Shown here: piece after piece, positions 1 to 10,480 of the stretch
How positions within the stretch are numbered: the stretch's first letter is position 1
How the letters are laid out: each line of letters opens with the position of its first letter
Origin: Octopus sinensis
Lineage: Eukaryota
NCBI RefSeq assembly: GCF_006345805.1
Contig: NW_021834274.1
Location: 1-50,801 of the forward strand
Reading direction: 5' to 3'
DNA length: 50,801 bases
The notes under the pieces: model-generated
What the model saw: the letters and a program-made list of their open reading frames with translations, nothing else
The model's database searches: none
Told to the model about the DNA's origin: nothing
Translations under genes and position numbers: made by a program

Positions 1-1246
1 TACTCTTCATCATCCCACAACCAAATTGCCATTACCCCGTCCTTCCTTATTCATCTATCACTCCGTCCTTTCTTATTCATATGATGTGACGGATAAATAC
101 ACAAGAGTATTATTATAGTAAAATGATTACCATGTCTTGAGCTCTTCAAGACGATGCTCTTTTCAAGAGTTCATCTTTTCTAAAATAATCTTAATATGAA
201 ACTCTCAGGAATTTCCACAAAGCGCCCGACGCTTCACTTGCTTCTGGTATCATTGGTAACGCGATGATGCAGATTGTTGTTGAAGCAAAACGTTTTCATC
301 ATGTAATGGAGCGGTGTTCTTCTTTGAGCATTGGCGCTAGGCCTTTAGCTCTATTGGACAATATTGTAGAAACAGCAATCAACTGGGTCGCAATGGCTTG
401 TGCACATTTGCACTACAGTTACAGACTGAGAACCGCGGGCATCAAGCTGCACCTGCACAGCACCACCAACTTAACCGTTTTGCATTCTGGAGAGATAGCG
501 GAGAATCCACCCATGTATACCTTACGGTCATTAACTTCAACGAAATTAAACGTACTCGTGCTGAAGGACCTACATATGCCATGGGTCCTCCTCTTGCCCC
601 TCCTCCTGCTCCCCTTCCTGCTCTTCCTCCTGCTCCTCCTACTTATCTTCCTAGAGCAGAAGAATGTCGCGAAGAATACCAAATTAATTCATGTGTTGGT
701 TTTTTACGTCTATGATTCCTACGGCTGCTGAAAAATTTACGAGATGTGTTTATTTCAACAATGTTGGATGAGAAGTTATTTGTCATCGAACACAAAACAT
801 TGAGCATTAAAAAAATCTCACTAAAATTAAAACAATGACATTCCCTGAAGCTGTCAATGTCACGAAATTCTTTCTGAGGAATTTCTACAAAATTTTAATG
901 ACAAAATCTGTAAATGTGTATTTTGATACGATAGGTACTTCCAAGGCTGTGGGAGATTTTGTGAAGTTTGTTTATTGTACTTTTGCTTTCAGTGTTTTTG
1001 TAGTGTTGTTGCTCTGGTTTTTAATTATTTTCTTACTTTGCTTCCTTATCTCGCCTCTAATCACGCATTCCGTTGTTATTGTTTGCTGGGAATATGTTTG
1101 GGTTAGGAGTGGATATCATATTTTCCCTTTAAATTTAAACATCGTGCATCACTTTGTACACACACGGGTGCTCGTACCGTTATACATATGTATATTTAGT
1201 TACGCATATACAAACTTGTAAGTTTATATGTGTGTGTGTGTATACA

Positions 1247-1278
<32 letters not shown>

Positions 1279-1296
1279 CTACATACATATATATAT

Positions 1297-1327
<31 letters not shown>

Positions 1328-1361
1328 TATCTATATATATATATTATAATATATATATATA

Positions 1362-1560
1362 AAATGAAAAAACAAGTCAGGATAGAAAATGCTAAAATAA
1401 TTTTATAAAGAACATTTCATACCGGTTTCAGTCATTGAGACTTTTCAACTGTAACAATTAAATGATTAAATTAGAAAAATTAAAAGAAAAGTTCTTTTTA
1501 AAAGAATATTTGTATAGTGTTCAAACATAAGTGGCATTTCCCTTGTTTGTGCGTTTCTCT
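1362..1560 (-). mobile_element. Short TA-array-adjacent element, Penelope-like LTR candidate with a degenerate hammerhead-like motif (1416-1452)
   Basis: Abuts a (TA)n array ending near 1360. Minus strand reads TTGAAAA GTC TCAAT GACT GAAAC CG GTA, with a palindromic ACCGGT stem III. Element boundaries are approximate. Confidence 0.35.
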
Positions 1561-2216
1561 GTCTCTCTTGTTTACTCTTGTGGGTTCGAGGTCGTTGTGA
1601 ATTCTTGGTAGGGAGCTCATATATACACACGCGCACACATAGATATATGTATGTATATGTACGATTAAATATTGTGCAACTGAATTGTCTTTCAAACATC
1701 GGTTTCATAAGCATAAGCATTCCTTTGTCAGTATTGATAATAAGTACGCTACAACTTCGTCGAAATTGATATGGTCCTTATGTGGAACATATTCTCATGA
1801 ATTCCAAAAAGCACAACCAGACAGGAACTGTTGCTTCAAATAAAAAATGCAGTATGGGTATTATTTGGAAACAATTACGAAATATGTTTCAAAGAACAAA
1901 AGAAGTTACAAGTTAGAATCTTATGAATGTGGATATACATATCATTTATGCAAGTACTAAACTCATAGATTTACTCGACTTATGAATTTATTTGGAGAAA
2001 AAACAATGTTGCTCCGAAATGTTTCTCCACAATAATTTTTCTAAATAAAATTGCTTAAGCAACGACGAAATTTCAAAAGAAAACAGTTCTAATAGTGAAT
2101 TCCCCTATATGCGATATAGAAACAAAATACGGTAAGAGTTGAGAGAAAAAGACTAAATTCGCCACGGAAAATGCGAGTTTGCCATTTTTACACTATCCTC
2201 GCACAATTTAGAAATG

Positions 2217-2232
2217 ATAATAATAATAATAA

Positions 2233-2287
<55 letters not shown>

Positions 2288-2299
2288 TAATAATATAAT

Positions 2300-2343
<44 letters not shown>

Positions 2344-2422
2344 CAACAATAATAATAATAATAATAATAATAATATAATAATAATAATTAATAATAATAA
2401 TAATATAATAATAAAAAATAAT
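2217..2422 (+). repeat. (TAA)n microsatellite array
   Basis: Directly visible, slightly interrupted TAA repeats. Confidence 0.95.
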
Positions 2423-2980
2423 AAATGCCCTGATGCAGTGCCAGGCAGTGGCTCTCATGGCTTCTGATCTTAACTGATTGGAAGTATTATCATGTACATT
2501 GTTTTGTCTTTGTATAAAAGATGGGCTACAGCAAATATTCTGCTCAATACCACAGATTTGCTTGTCAGTTGTTTGACCATAACCAGTTGAGCGTGTCCCT
2601 TAGTGGCTGACGATATGTGCACCTCTGATCACGAGCAGAAGTAGTGGGGGAGCATCATAGCCATGTGTTGAGAGGGATTCTTTGGGGTTTTAATAATTCA
2701 CCTTTGGAAGCATGGGTGTTTCATTCAACATCCTTAAACAAACCTTATTCAGGGACCTTTTGAGCGGGATGGGCTACACAACTGAAGAAAATTCTAACTG
2801 GGCCCCACCTGCAAGGTCATGTGCTGTTTATCTTGATATGAGATCACCATGTCGCGCACATATGGTTGTGATGTATGTGCCTGGTGTACCTTTATCAGAC
2901 GGGTAGTCATGATGGGTATATTGGGCTTCGTATATTTTACCCCAGTGTCACTTTGATGGCATGCACTGCTCTCTTACTCA
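2423..2980 (+). mobile_element. About 560-bp non-coding element embedded between TAA arrays; possible 3' UTR or non-autonomous derivative of a TAA-targeting LINE
   Basis: Complex-sequence island with sharp borders, (TAA)n on both sides in the same phase and strand, and no ORF. Confidence 0.45.
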
Positions 2981-3187
2981 ATAATAATAATAATAATAAA
3001 CAAAAAAAATGTAAGCGTTTTCTTTATAGCTTTCGTGTAATATTTCAAAATATGCTCAAACAAGATAATTCAAGAGAAGCCAACTTCGCACTAACAGCTG
3101 AAAGAGCGTGAATGTGAAACTCAGAATACTGGCAATTGCGAAACTTTCAATCATAATGTATTAAAGAATATACGCCATTTACGTACT

Positions 3188-3608
3188 GAGTGGCTGCGTG
3201 GTAAGTAGCTTGCTTACGAACCACATGGTTCCGGGTACAGCCCTACTGCGTTGCACCTTGGGCAAGTGTCTTCTACTATAGCCTCGGGCCGACCAAAGCC
3301 TTGTGGGTAGATTTGGTAAACGGAAACTGAAAGAAGCCCGTTGTATGTATGTATGTATATATATATATGTGTGTGTATGTGTGTGTGTCTATATGTTTGT
3401 GTGTCTGTGTTTGTTCCCCAATATCGCTTGACAACCGATGGTGGTGGGTTTACGTCCCCGTAACTTAGCGGTTCGGCAAAAGAGACCGATGGAATAAGTA
3501 CTAGGCATCCAAAGAATAAGTCCTGGGGTCGGTCTGTTTGACTAAAGGTGGTGCTTCAGCATGGCCACAGTCAAATGACTGAAACGAAAGAGTAAAGAGT
3601 AAAAGAGT
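3188..3608 (+). mobile_element. SINE family A (tRNA head, CORE-like segment, internal TA/TG microsatellite, 3' half, GTAAAAGA-type tail), near full length
   Basis: A-box TGGCTGCGTGG, degenerate B-box, CCTTGGGCAAGTGTCTT core-like motif, and more than 10 homologous copies in this window. Confidence 0.9.
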
Positions 3609-3861
3609 ATATACATTGCTTATATAATACACCATACGGATTCATGACACACCAGACACCTAGAATATACCAAACAACGTATGATCAACACAACGTGTGC
3701 TTTAGTCCAGCTCCTAGGCGCTAAATATTCGCTGGGGTAGATTTCTCTGTGTGCACAAGCTGAATATTTTACTGAATATAGATGGTGACACACAGGTTAA
3801 TCCAGCCGTACCTTGGGCATATCATTTCAGTACCCGCTTCTCTCTAGATACTTATTGTTAT

Positions 3862-3881
3862 TATGCTCTGCGTGTGTGTGC

Positions 3882-3919
<38 letters not shown>

Positions 3920-3975
3920 TGTGTGTGTGTGTGTGTTGTGTGTGTGTGTATGTGTGTGTGTGTGTATGTTCGTGT
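3862..3975 (+). repeat. (TG)n microsatellite
   Basis: Directly visible. Confidence 0.95.
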
Positions 3976-4246
3976 GTGACTATTTGTCAGACGTTTGTGG
4001 ATGAAGTTCAGCAAGGTCAGAAGCGCTTGCACGAGTGATTGGACGAACGAAAGCAAAGGTAACTCAGCACATTTGCATCTGTTATTGAGTAAAACATTCG
4101 CTAATTCAAGCTCGAAAGAGGCAGGTTTGTTAGAATCCTGCGAATCTTTAGATCGCTTGAAACCGAATGAAACTATTTTAAATAATAATACATGTAACTC
4201 TTACGGCATGCACAGAATGATTTTTCTTACGTTTGTCCACTCACTC

Positions 4247-4322
<76 letters not shown>
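4247..4322 (+). repeat. (ATCT)n microsatellite
   Basis: Directly visible perfect tetranucleotide array. Confidence 0.95.
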
Positions 4323-4323
<1 letters not shown>

Positions 4324-4620
4324 CATGTATACATACATACATGCATACATATGCACTTATACGTACGTAGAAGCATGCATACATCTAAACATGCATATAG
4401 ACACAAACACACGCACATGCACGCACACACATATTATTGAATTATTGAATCATTATCTTAGTTTAAAGAGTCGATGCATGTATTTCAACAAGTATGCAAG
4501 TGTATATATGCGTGCTCAAATTTGTACAGGTTTGTATGTTCGGGCTTAATGAAGTTGAAGATAGTGTTGCTGCTGCAGCTACTGATGATGATGATGATGA
4601 TGCTGATAGTAATAATTTTT

Positions 4621-4816
4621 TTCTGCTATAGGCGCAAGGGAAAGCGGGCAAGTTGATTTCATCGAGCCCAGTATTCAACTGGGACTTATTCTGTCGAACA
4701 AGAAAGGATGAATGGCAAGGGTCGACCTCGGTGGAATTTGAGCACAGAGCATAAATGCGGACAGAATGCCGCTAAGCGTTTTGCCCTGTCTGCTAACGAT
4801 TATGGCAGCTTGCCGC
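4621..4816 (-). mobile_element. SINE family B monomer (diverged)
   Basis: Reverse complement matches the family B pattern: head, GTTCAAATTCCGCCGAGGTCGAC-like B-box region, CCTTTCATCCTTT central domain, tail. Confidence 0.75.
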
Positions 4817-4825
4817 TGTGACAAC

Positions 4826-4850
4826 GATAATAATAATAATAATAATAATA

Positions 4851-4930
<80 letters not shown>
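4826..4930 (+). repeat. (TAA)n microsatellite
   Basis: Directly visible. Confidence 0.95.
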
Positions 4931-4931
<1 letters not shown>

Positions 4932-5095
4932 GTCATGATGGCGTTAGTAATGGCCGAAATGTCGGATGCTGTGTTGAAATATGTGAAGTGTATATATGTG
5001 TGTGTGTGTGTATGATTGTCTACATTTATGTATTTATGCATATGTATGTGAAAAGTAGCATGTATGTTTGTGGTGTGTGTGTGTGTGTGTGAGTG

Positions 5096-5137
<42 letters not shown>

Positions 5138-5709
5138 GTGAAGTGGCGTGGTATGGGGAAATGGCAGAGGTAGTAGATTCTACTAACTTGTCAAGTCATA
5201 AGAAGAAATAATTGAATAATTTAACAGAGGAATGCTTCGAAAAATGATGCCATTCATAAACAGAGTTGCTGAAGATGTCAAGTTTTAATGAGAAGCTTAG
5301 TGGAGTATTTTTCTTCTCTAATATGAAGGCGGGATTTCAGGCGAGTACACAATTACCATACAGGAATTTATTATTTAGATTATTATCATTTCTCGAATGA
5401 TATTTGTTTGACTAAAAGCAATCGAAGAATTTTTTGTTTCTGTTTAGTTCATATATATATACACACACACGCACACAAACGTTGTATATTTGTTTATTTA
5501 TGTATTTTCTTTGCTTTTTTGTATTTTATTTTTGATGTAATTTTCTCGTGTTGTCTGTGCTTTTATTTGCGTTGTGGTTTGTAATTTTTTTAATCAGTTT
5601 TTTTGGTTATTTGTGTTATTGTTGTTTTAGTGATTGGTGTTGTTGTTTTGGGACGTAGTGGAGAGATTGTGTCCATGATTTTTTTCTTTTTGTCTTTTTT
5701 TATTTATAC

Positions 5710-5770
<61 letters not shown>

Positions 5771-5854
5771 TTTTCTTTTTCATAAATCGCCTATTTAGAA
5801 TTTTCTTCGTTGCAAATAATTCATTTCGAAACTTTCTGGAATGCGGAAAAAATG

Positions 5855-5879
5855 CAATAATGATAATAATAATAATAAC

Positions 5880-5947
<68 letters not shown>

Positions 5948-5980
5948 TGATGATCATGATGATGATGATGATGATGATAA
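5855..5980 (+). repeat. (TAA)n/(TGA)n compound microsatellite
   Basis: Directly visible. Confidence 0.95.
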
Positions 5981-6430
5981 TAGTTTTGTGTTTTTAGCTC
6001 ATTAGTATTTAATTTTGTTTCTTTTTTCTTTTAAATTGTAAATGTGCATTTAGGTATATTTTTATTTGTTCCTTCCTTTCGAAATTTCGTTTTGTATCTT
6101 AGTTTGCTTATTATAATTTCTATGATTACCACGAACACCACCTTCACCGCCACCAATGGCAACAGCAACAACAACAACACTACCACCACCAGCATCATCA
6201 CCACCATTACTATCATCATCATCATCATCACTATCGATGCCATTAAATCTTCATCACCAGCATCAAAACCTCGGCTACCATTACTTTCATCTTCATTATT
6301 GTCGTCAGTCTCGTCATTAGCATCAATGAAGCCGGTAGGTCGCTGGCCAACAAGCCACGTTGGGTTTACGTGTATCCTGCGTTCAAATATCGCTGCTCTA
6401 CCATGACCCTCTTCGGGAATGTTGTAGATG

Positions 6431-6585
6431 GCAGAATTGGTAGACCAGCAGTCAATATGGCTTGCAGTATTTCGTTGCTTAAATTAAGCGAAAAATTAAG
6501 TACCAGTTGCGTACTGGGGTCGATCTAATTGACTGGCGCCCTCCTCAAAAATGTTGGGCCTTGTACCTAGATTAGAAAAGAGTAT
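6431..6585 (+). mobile_element. SINE family B, internally deleted
   Basis: TTAAGTACCAGTTGCGTACTGGGGTCGATCTAATTGACTGG plus tail CCTTGTACCTAGATTAGAAAAG. Confidence 0.75.
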
Positions 6586-6864
6586 GGATAAATTTCTCAA
6601 ATATTTAGTTAAGCTCTTATGATTTATATCCGTTTCGTCTTCTATCATTTCCAAGTTGATACAGAATGTACGAGCGAGTGAGCAGATTCTAGTCGAATAC
6701 TGATGTCGTTTATACCGCTTTTGGTCCGAATATTACATTATATTGTTGTGTATTACATTACACCACAATATAATCGACTTTTCGTCTGCTCTTCTCAAAA
6801 TTTATGATCTTATCACAGTTTTATAAACCATTATTACATTTTATTATTACATAGAACTGTGAAG

Positions 6865-7280
6865 ACCACGAGCGGGTAGAATCATTAGCACGCCCCTCAA
6901 AAAATTCTTAGCAGTATTTTACCTGTCTTGATGTTCTGATTTCAAATTTCGCCGAGGCAGACTTTGTTGTTAAGGATGATATATTAGCAACCCTAATTGA
7001 GCAATAGGGTCGATGTAATCGACATGCCCCCTACCCCCAAAATATCATCCCTTGTGCCTGTTTTAGACAAAGTTATCACTTAAAACCGTTAAGCAGCAGG
7101 CTGGAGGAATCTAAGGGCGCCAGACAAAATGCTTAACAACATTTCACCCGTCTTCGCGTTCGGAACTCGAATTTCGCCGTGGTCGAATTTGCCTTTGATA
7201 AAATAAGTACGCCGGAGTAGATATAATCGACTATACTTGTCCTCACAAATATCAGGCCTTGTGCCCATAGAAGAAAGAAT
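6865..7280 (+). mobile_element. Two tandem diverged SINE family B monomers (6865-7072, 7090-7280)
   Basis: Each has a head, a B-box-like TTCAAATTTCGCCG or CTCGAATTTCGCCG, a GTCGATGTAATCGAC-like hairpin and a CCTTGTGCC tail. Confidence 0.7.
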
Positions 7281-7852
7281 AATCTTTTCTACTCTAGGTA
7301 CAAGGCCCGAAATTTTGGGGTAGGGGTGCCAGTCTATTAGATCGACACCAGTACGCAATTTATCAACCTCGAAAGGATGAAAGGCAAAGTCGACCTCGGC
7401 GGAATTTGAACTCAGAACGTAAAGACAGATGAAATACCTTTTTCTTTACTACTCACAAGGGGCTAAACACAGAGGACAAAGAAGGACAGAGAAACGGATA
7501 AGTCGATTATATCGACCCCACTGCATAACTGGTATTTGTTTAATCGACCCCGAAAGGATGAAGGGCAAAGTCAACCTCGGCGGAATTTGAACTCAGAACT
7601 TAGCGGCAGACGAAATACCTATTTCTTTACTACCCACAAGGGGCTAAACACAGAGGGGACAAACAAGGACAGACACACAGATTAAGTTGATTACATGGAC
7701 TCCAGTGCGTAACTGGTACTTAATTTATCGACCCCGAAAGCATGAAAGGCAAAGTCGACCTCGGCAGAATTTGAATTCAGAACGTAACAGCGGACGAAAT
7801 ACGGCTACGCATTTCGCCCGGCGTGCTAACGTTTCTGCCAGCTCGCCGCCTT
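7281..7852 (-). mobile_element. SINE family B trimer (three units of about 180 bp)
   Basis: GAAAGGATGAAAGGCAAAGTCGACCTCGGCGGAATTTGAACTCAGAACG-like block occurs three times. Two internal linkers read GGGGCTAAACACAGAG...AAGGACAG. Only one 5' head. Confidence 0.9.
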
Positions 7853-8544
7853 AGTAGAAGGAATAAAAGCATAGAACTGAAAGGTTCCCTGGTGTCGGGG
7901 GAATGCTAGGTACCATTTCTCCCGGCTTGTTACATGCGGTATTCAAATCCCCTTGGGACAACATTACATTTAATATTACATTTCATCCTTTCGGGGCTTA
8001 TAATCAAATAGCAGATGAGCACTGGGATCGATATAATCGACTAGCCATTCTACTCTTTAGAAACAAACCTCAAGCCCTATATTCGAAAGAGTTGTATGGA
8101 ACGGCAAATGCTTTACGCTATTTAGTCCGTCTTTTTTTTTACGGTGTGATTTCAAATCCTGCCAAAGTCAACTTTATCCATTATTGCTACCCTTGGATGA
8201 GTTACCTGCTCTTGAATGTGGCTCAGTATTCCATAGATGTACCCGTGGTAAAATTCTCAGATAGAATCAGAGTGTACCTTTCACACGCTATCACAAATGC
8301 TATCAACCGATGGGTTATAGGTTCACAAAGTGAGAGTCAACATGGAGCTCTAGGAAATGACATTTGCCTAAGATGCGATGCAGTGAAATCGAAACAGCAT
8401 CTATGTTTGTATGTATTTGTGTGTTTGGTATCTACCTAGCTACCTAGCTATGTCTCTGACTATCGGTCTGCCTGTCTGTCTGCGAATCTATCTATCTACA
8501 TAAACATATAAATGTGTATGTATATATGTATGTATGTCTCTCTA

Positions 8545-8584
<40 letters not shown>

Positions 8585-8945
8585 AATCCGCACACACACA
8601 CACACACACATATATATGACGTTTCTTTGTAAGTAACGCGAAACTACATTTTCTTATTCATGTACTCTTGGTTACGAGGAAGGAAAATGTTCTAGTTTAG
8701 TGTCTTCTGGGTTTTTTTTCTCTTTGTCTGTGACAAAGAAGTTGTTTTTAATATTTTTTTTTCTTTTTCCACGGACGTTTCGCATTAGGTGACCTTAGGT
8801 TTCGTATGTAACCTCGGAGCTCACTAAATGGAACGCTAAAAGTAAAAGTGAACTTCATCCCAAACCGCGCATGGCTTTGAATACATTATTATATTGACCG
8901 ATGTATACATATACACACATGCATACATGCACAGTCCATATACTT

Positions 8946-8982
<37 letters not shown>

Positions 8983-9245
8983 GCGTCGCCTTTAATGTTG
9001 CTGTTGTTTTTGTTAATATGGTAGCTATTAAACGTGAGGTGATTGATGTTATATTAATGCTGCTACTAACGATAAAACTTATCATGATCGTCTGTATTAG
9101 TGGAAGTTTTATGGTTACTAAGTTAATACGAAGCGTTGTTACAGGCGAGAGGATAACTATTTTTCCTTGCTCACCCGATTTTATATCAACGCTAACACAA
9201 ATTTAATCTCCTATCTGTAATTTACCCCTCACATGATGTCCCTAC

Positions 9246-9433
9246 GCCGAGCTGGTAGAATCGTTAACGAACCGGGCGAAATGCATAGCGGTATTTCGTC
9301 CGTGTGAACGTTCTGAGTTCAAATTCCGCCGAGGTGGACTTTGCATTTTATCCTTTCGGGGTCGATACATTAAGTACCAGTTACGCACTGGGGTCGATGC
9401 AAAATTTCAGGCCTTGTGCTTTTAGTAGAAAAG
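9246..9433 (+). mobile_element. SINE family B monomer
   Basis: Full head, B-box, central domain and tail AGTAGAAAAGA. Confidence 0.9.
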
Positions 9434-9603
9434 ATCATCATCTTCATCATCATCGTCGTCGTCGTCATCATCATCGTCATCATCATCATTATTAGCAGCA
9501 GCAGCAGCATCACCTTCATCATCATCTTCATCATTATGTTTTATCATTATCACCTTCATGAGCATCATCATTATCATTATTATTAGTATTAATGTCATCA
9601 ATA

Positions 9604-10010
9604 AGGCGAGGCGCTGGCAGAATCGTTAGCACGCGGGACGGAATGCTTAGCGGTATTTGGTCTGTCTTTACGTTCTGAGTTCAAATTCCGCTGAGGTCGA
9701 CTTTACCTTTCATCCTTTCAGGGTCGATAAATTAAGTACCAGTTACGCACTGGGGTCGATATAATCGACTTAATCCGTTTGTTTGTCCTTGTTTGTCCTC
9801 TTTGTGTTTAGCCCCTTGTGGGTAGTAAAGAAATAGGTATTTCGTCCGTTGCTATGTTCAGAATCAAAAATTCTGCCGAGGTCGACTTTGCCTTTCATCC
9901 TTTCAGGATCGATAAATTAAGTACTAGTTGCGTACTGAGGTCGATCTTATCGACTGGCCGCCCCCCTCACCAAAAATTTCGGTCCTCGTGCTTACAGTAG
10001 AAAAGAATAT
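9604..10010 (+). mobile_element. SINE family B dimer
   Basis: Two central domains joined by the same linker as the trimer (TTAATCCGTTTG...GCCCCTTGTGGGTAGTAAAGAAATAGG). Confidence 0.9.
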
Positions 10011-10020
10011 TATCAATAAG

Positions 10021-10480
10021 GCGGCGAGCGGGCAGATTCGGTGGTACGATCTGAATTCAGATTCCGCCGAAGTCGACTTTATCTTTCATCCTTTCGTTGG
10101 TCGATAAAATAAGTAGCCGTTGAATAGTGGGATCGATGTAATCGACCTAACTTCTCACCCGAAATCGCTGTCCTTGTGCCAAAAATTAACAGTGGTATCG
10201 TCATCGTCGTAGTCATCATGATCTGTCTCCTCCCATTTCTCTTCCTCCTTATCAACACCATTGTTATAGGATCGATAGAAACGTTAGAGCATCGGTCAAA
10301 ATCCTTGGTGATGTTTGTTCTAGATTTTACGTTCTGAGTTCAAATTCCGCCGAGGTCGACTTTGCCTTTCATCCTTTCGGTGTCGATAAATTAAGTACCA
10401 GTTGCGTACTGTGGTCGATCTAACCGACTGGACACCCCACAAAAAAATTTCGGGGCTTGTGCCTAGAGTAGAAAAGGATA
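10021..10480 (+). mobile_element. Two further SINE family B monomers (10021-10190, 10275-10480)
   Basis: Central domain CTTTCATCCTTTCG...GTCGATAAA.TAAGTA in both. Confidence 0.85.

Noticed and set aside
419-682. Arg/Ser/Lys-rich protamine-like ORF (RKISRRSRRKSRKGSRRRGKRR) on the minus strand
   Set aside because: It is the antisense reading of a short CCT/GCT-rich tract, and the rest of the ORF is not protamine-like.
835-1221. 128-aa hydrophobic ORF resembling a membrane protein
   Set aside because: The hydrophobicity follows from T-rich composition. It has a TTC-type codon bias, no recognisable motif, and runs into a microsatellite.
2600-2650. CTGACGA and CTGAAGA words inside the TAA-embedded island
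   Set aside because: No downstream stem II plus GAAA, so no hammerhead can be drawn.
7281-7852. Regularly spaced repeats superficially like a CRISPR array
   Set aside because: The units are 180-bp SINE modules with identical linkers rather than unique spacers, in eukaryotic context with no cas genes.
7903-8439. 178-aa ORF
   Set aside because: It runs through decayed family B SINE pieces and has no domain signature.
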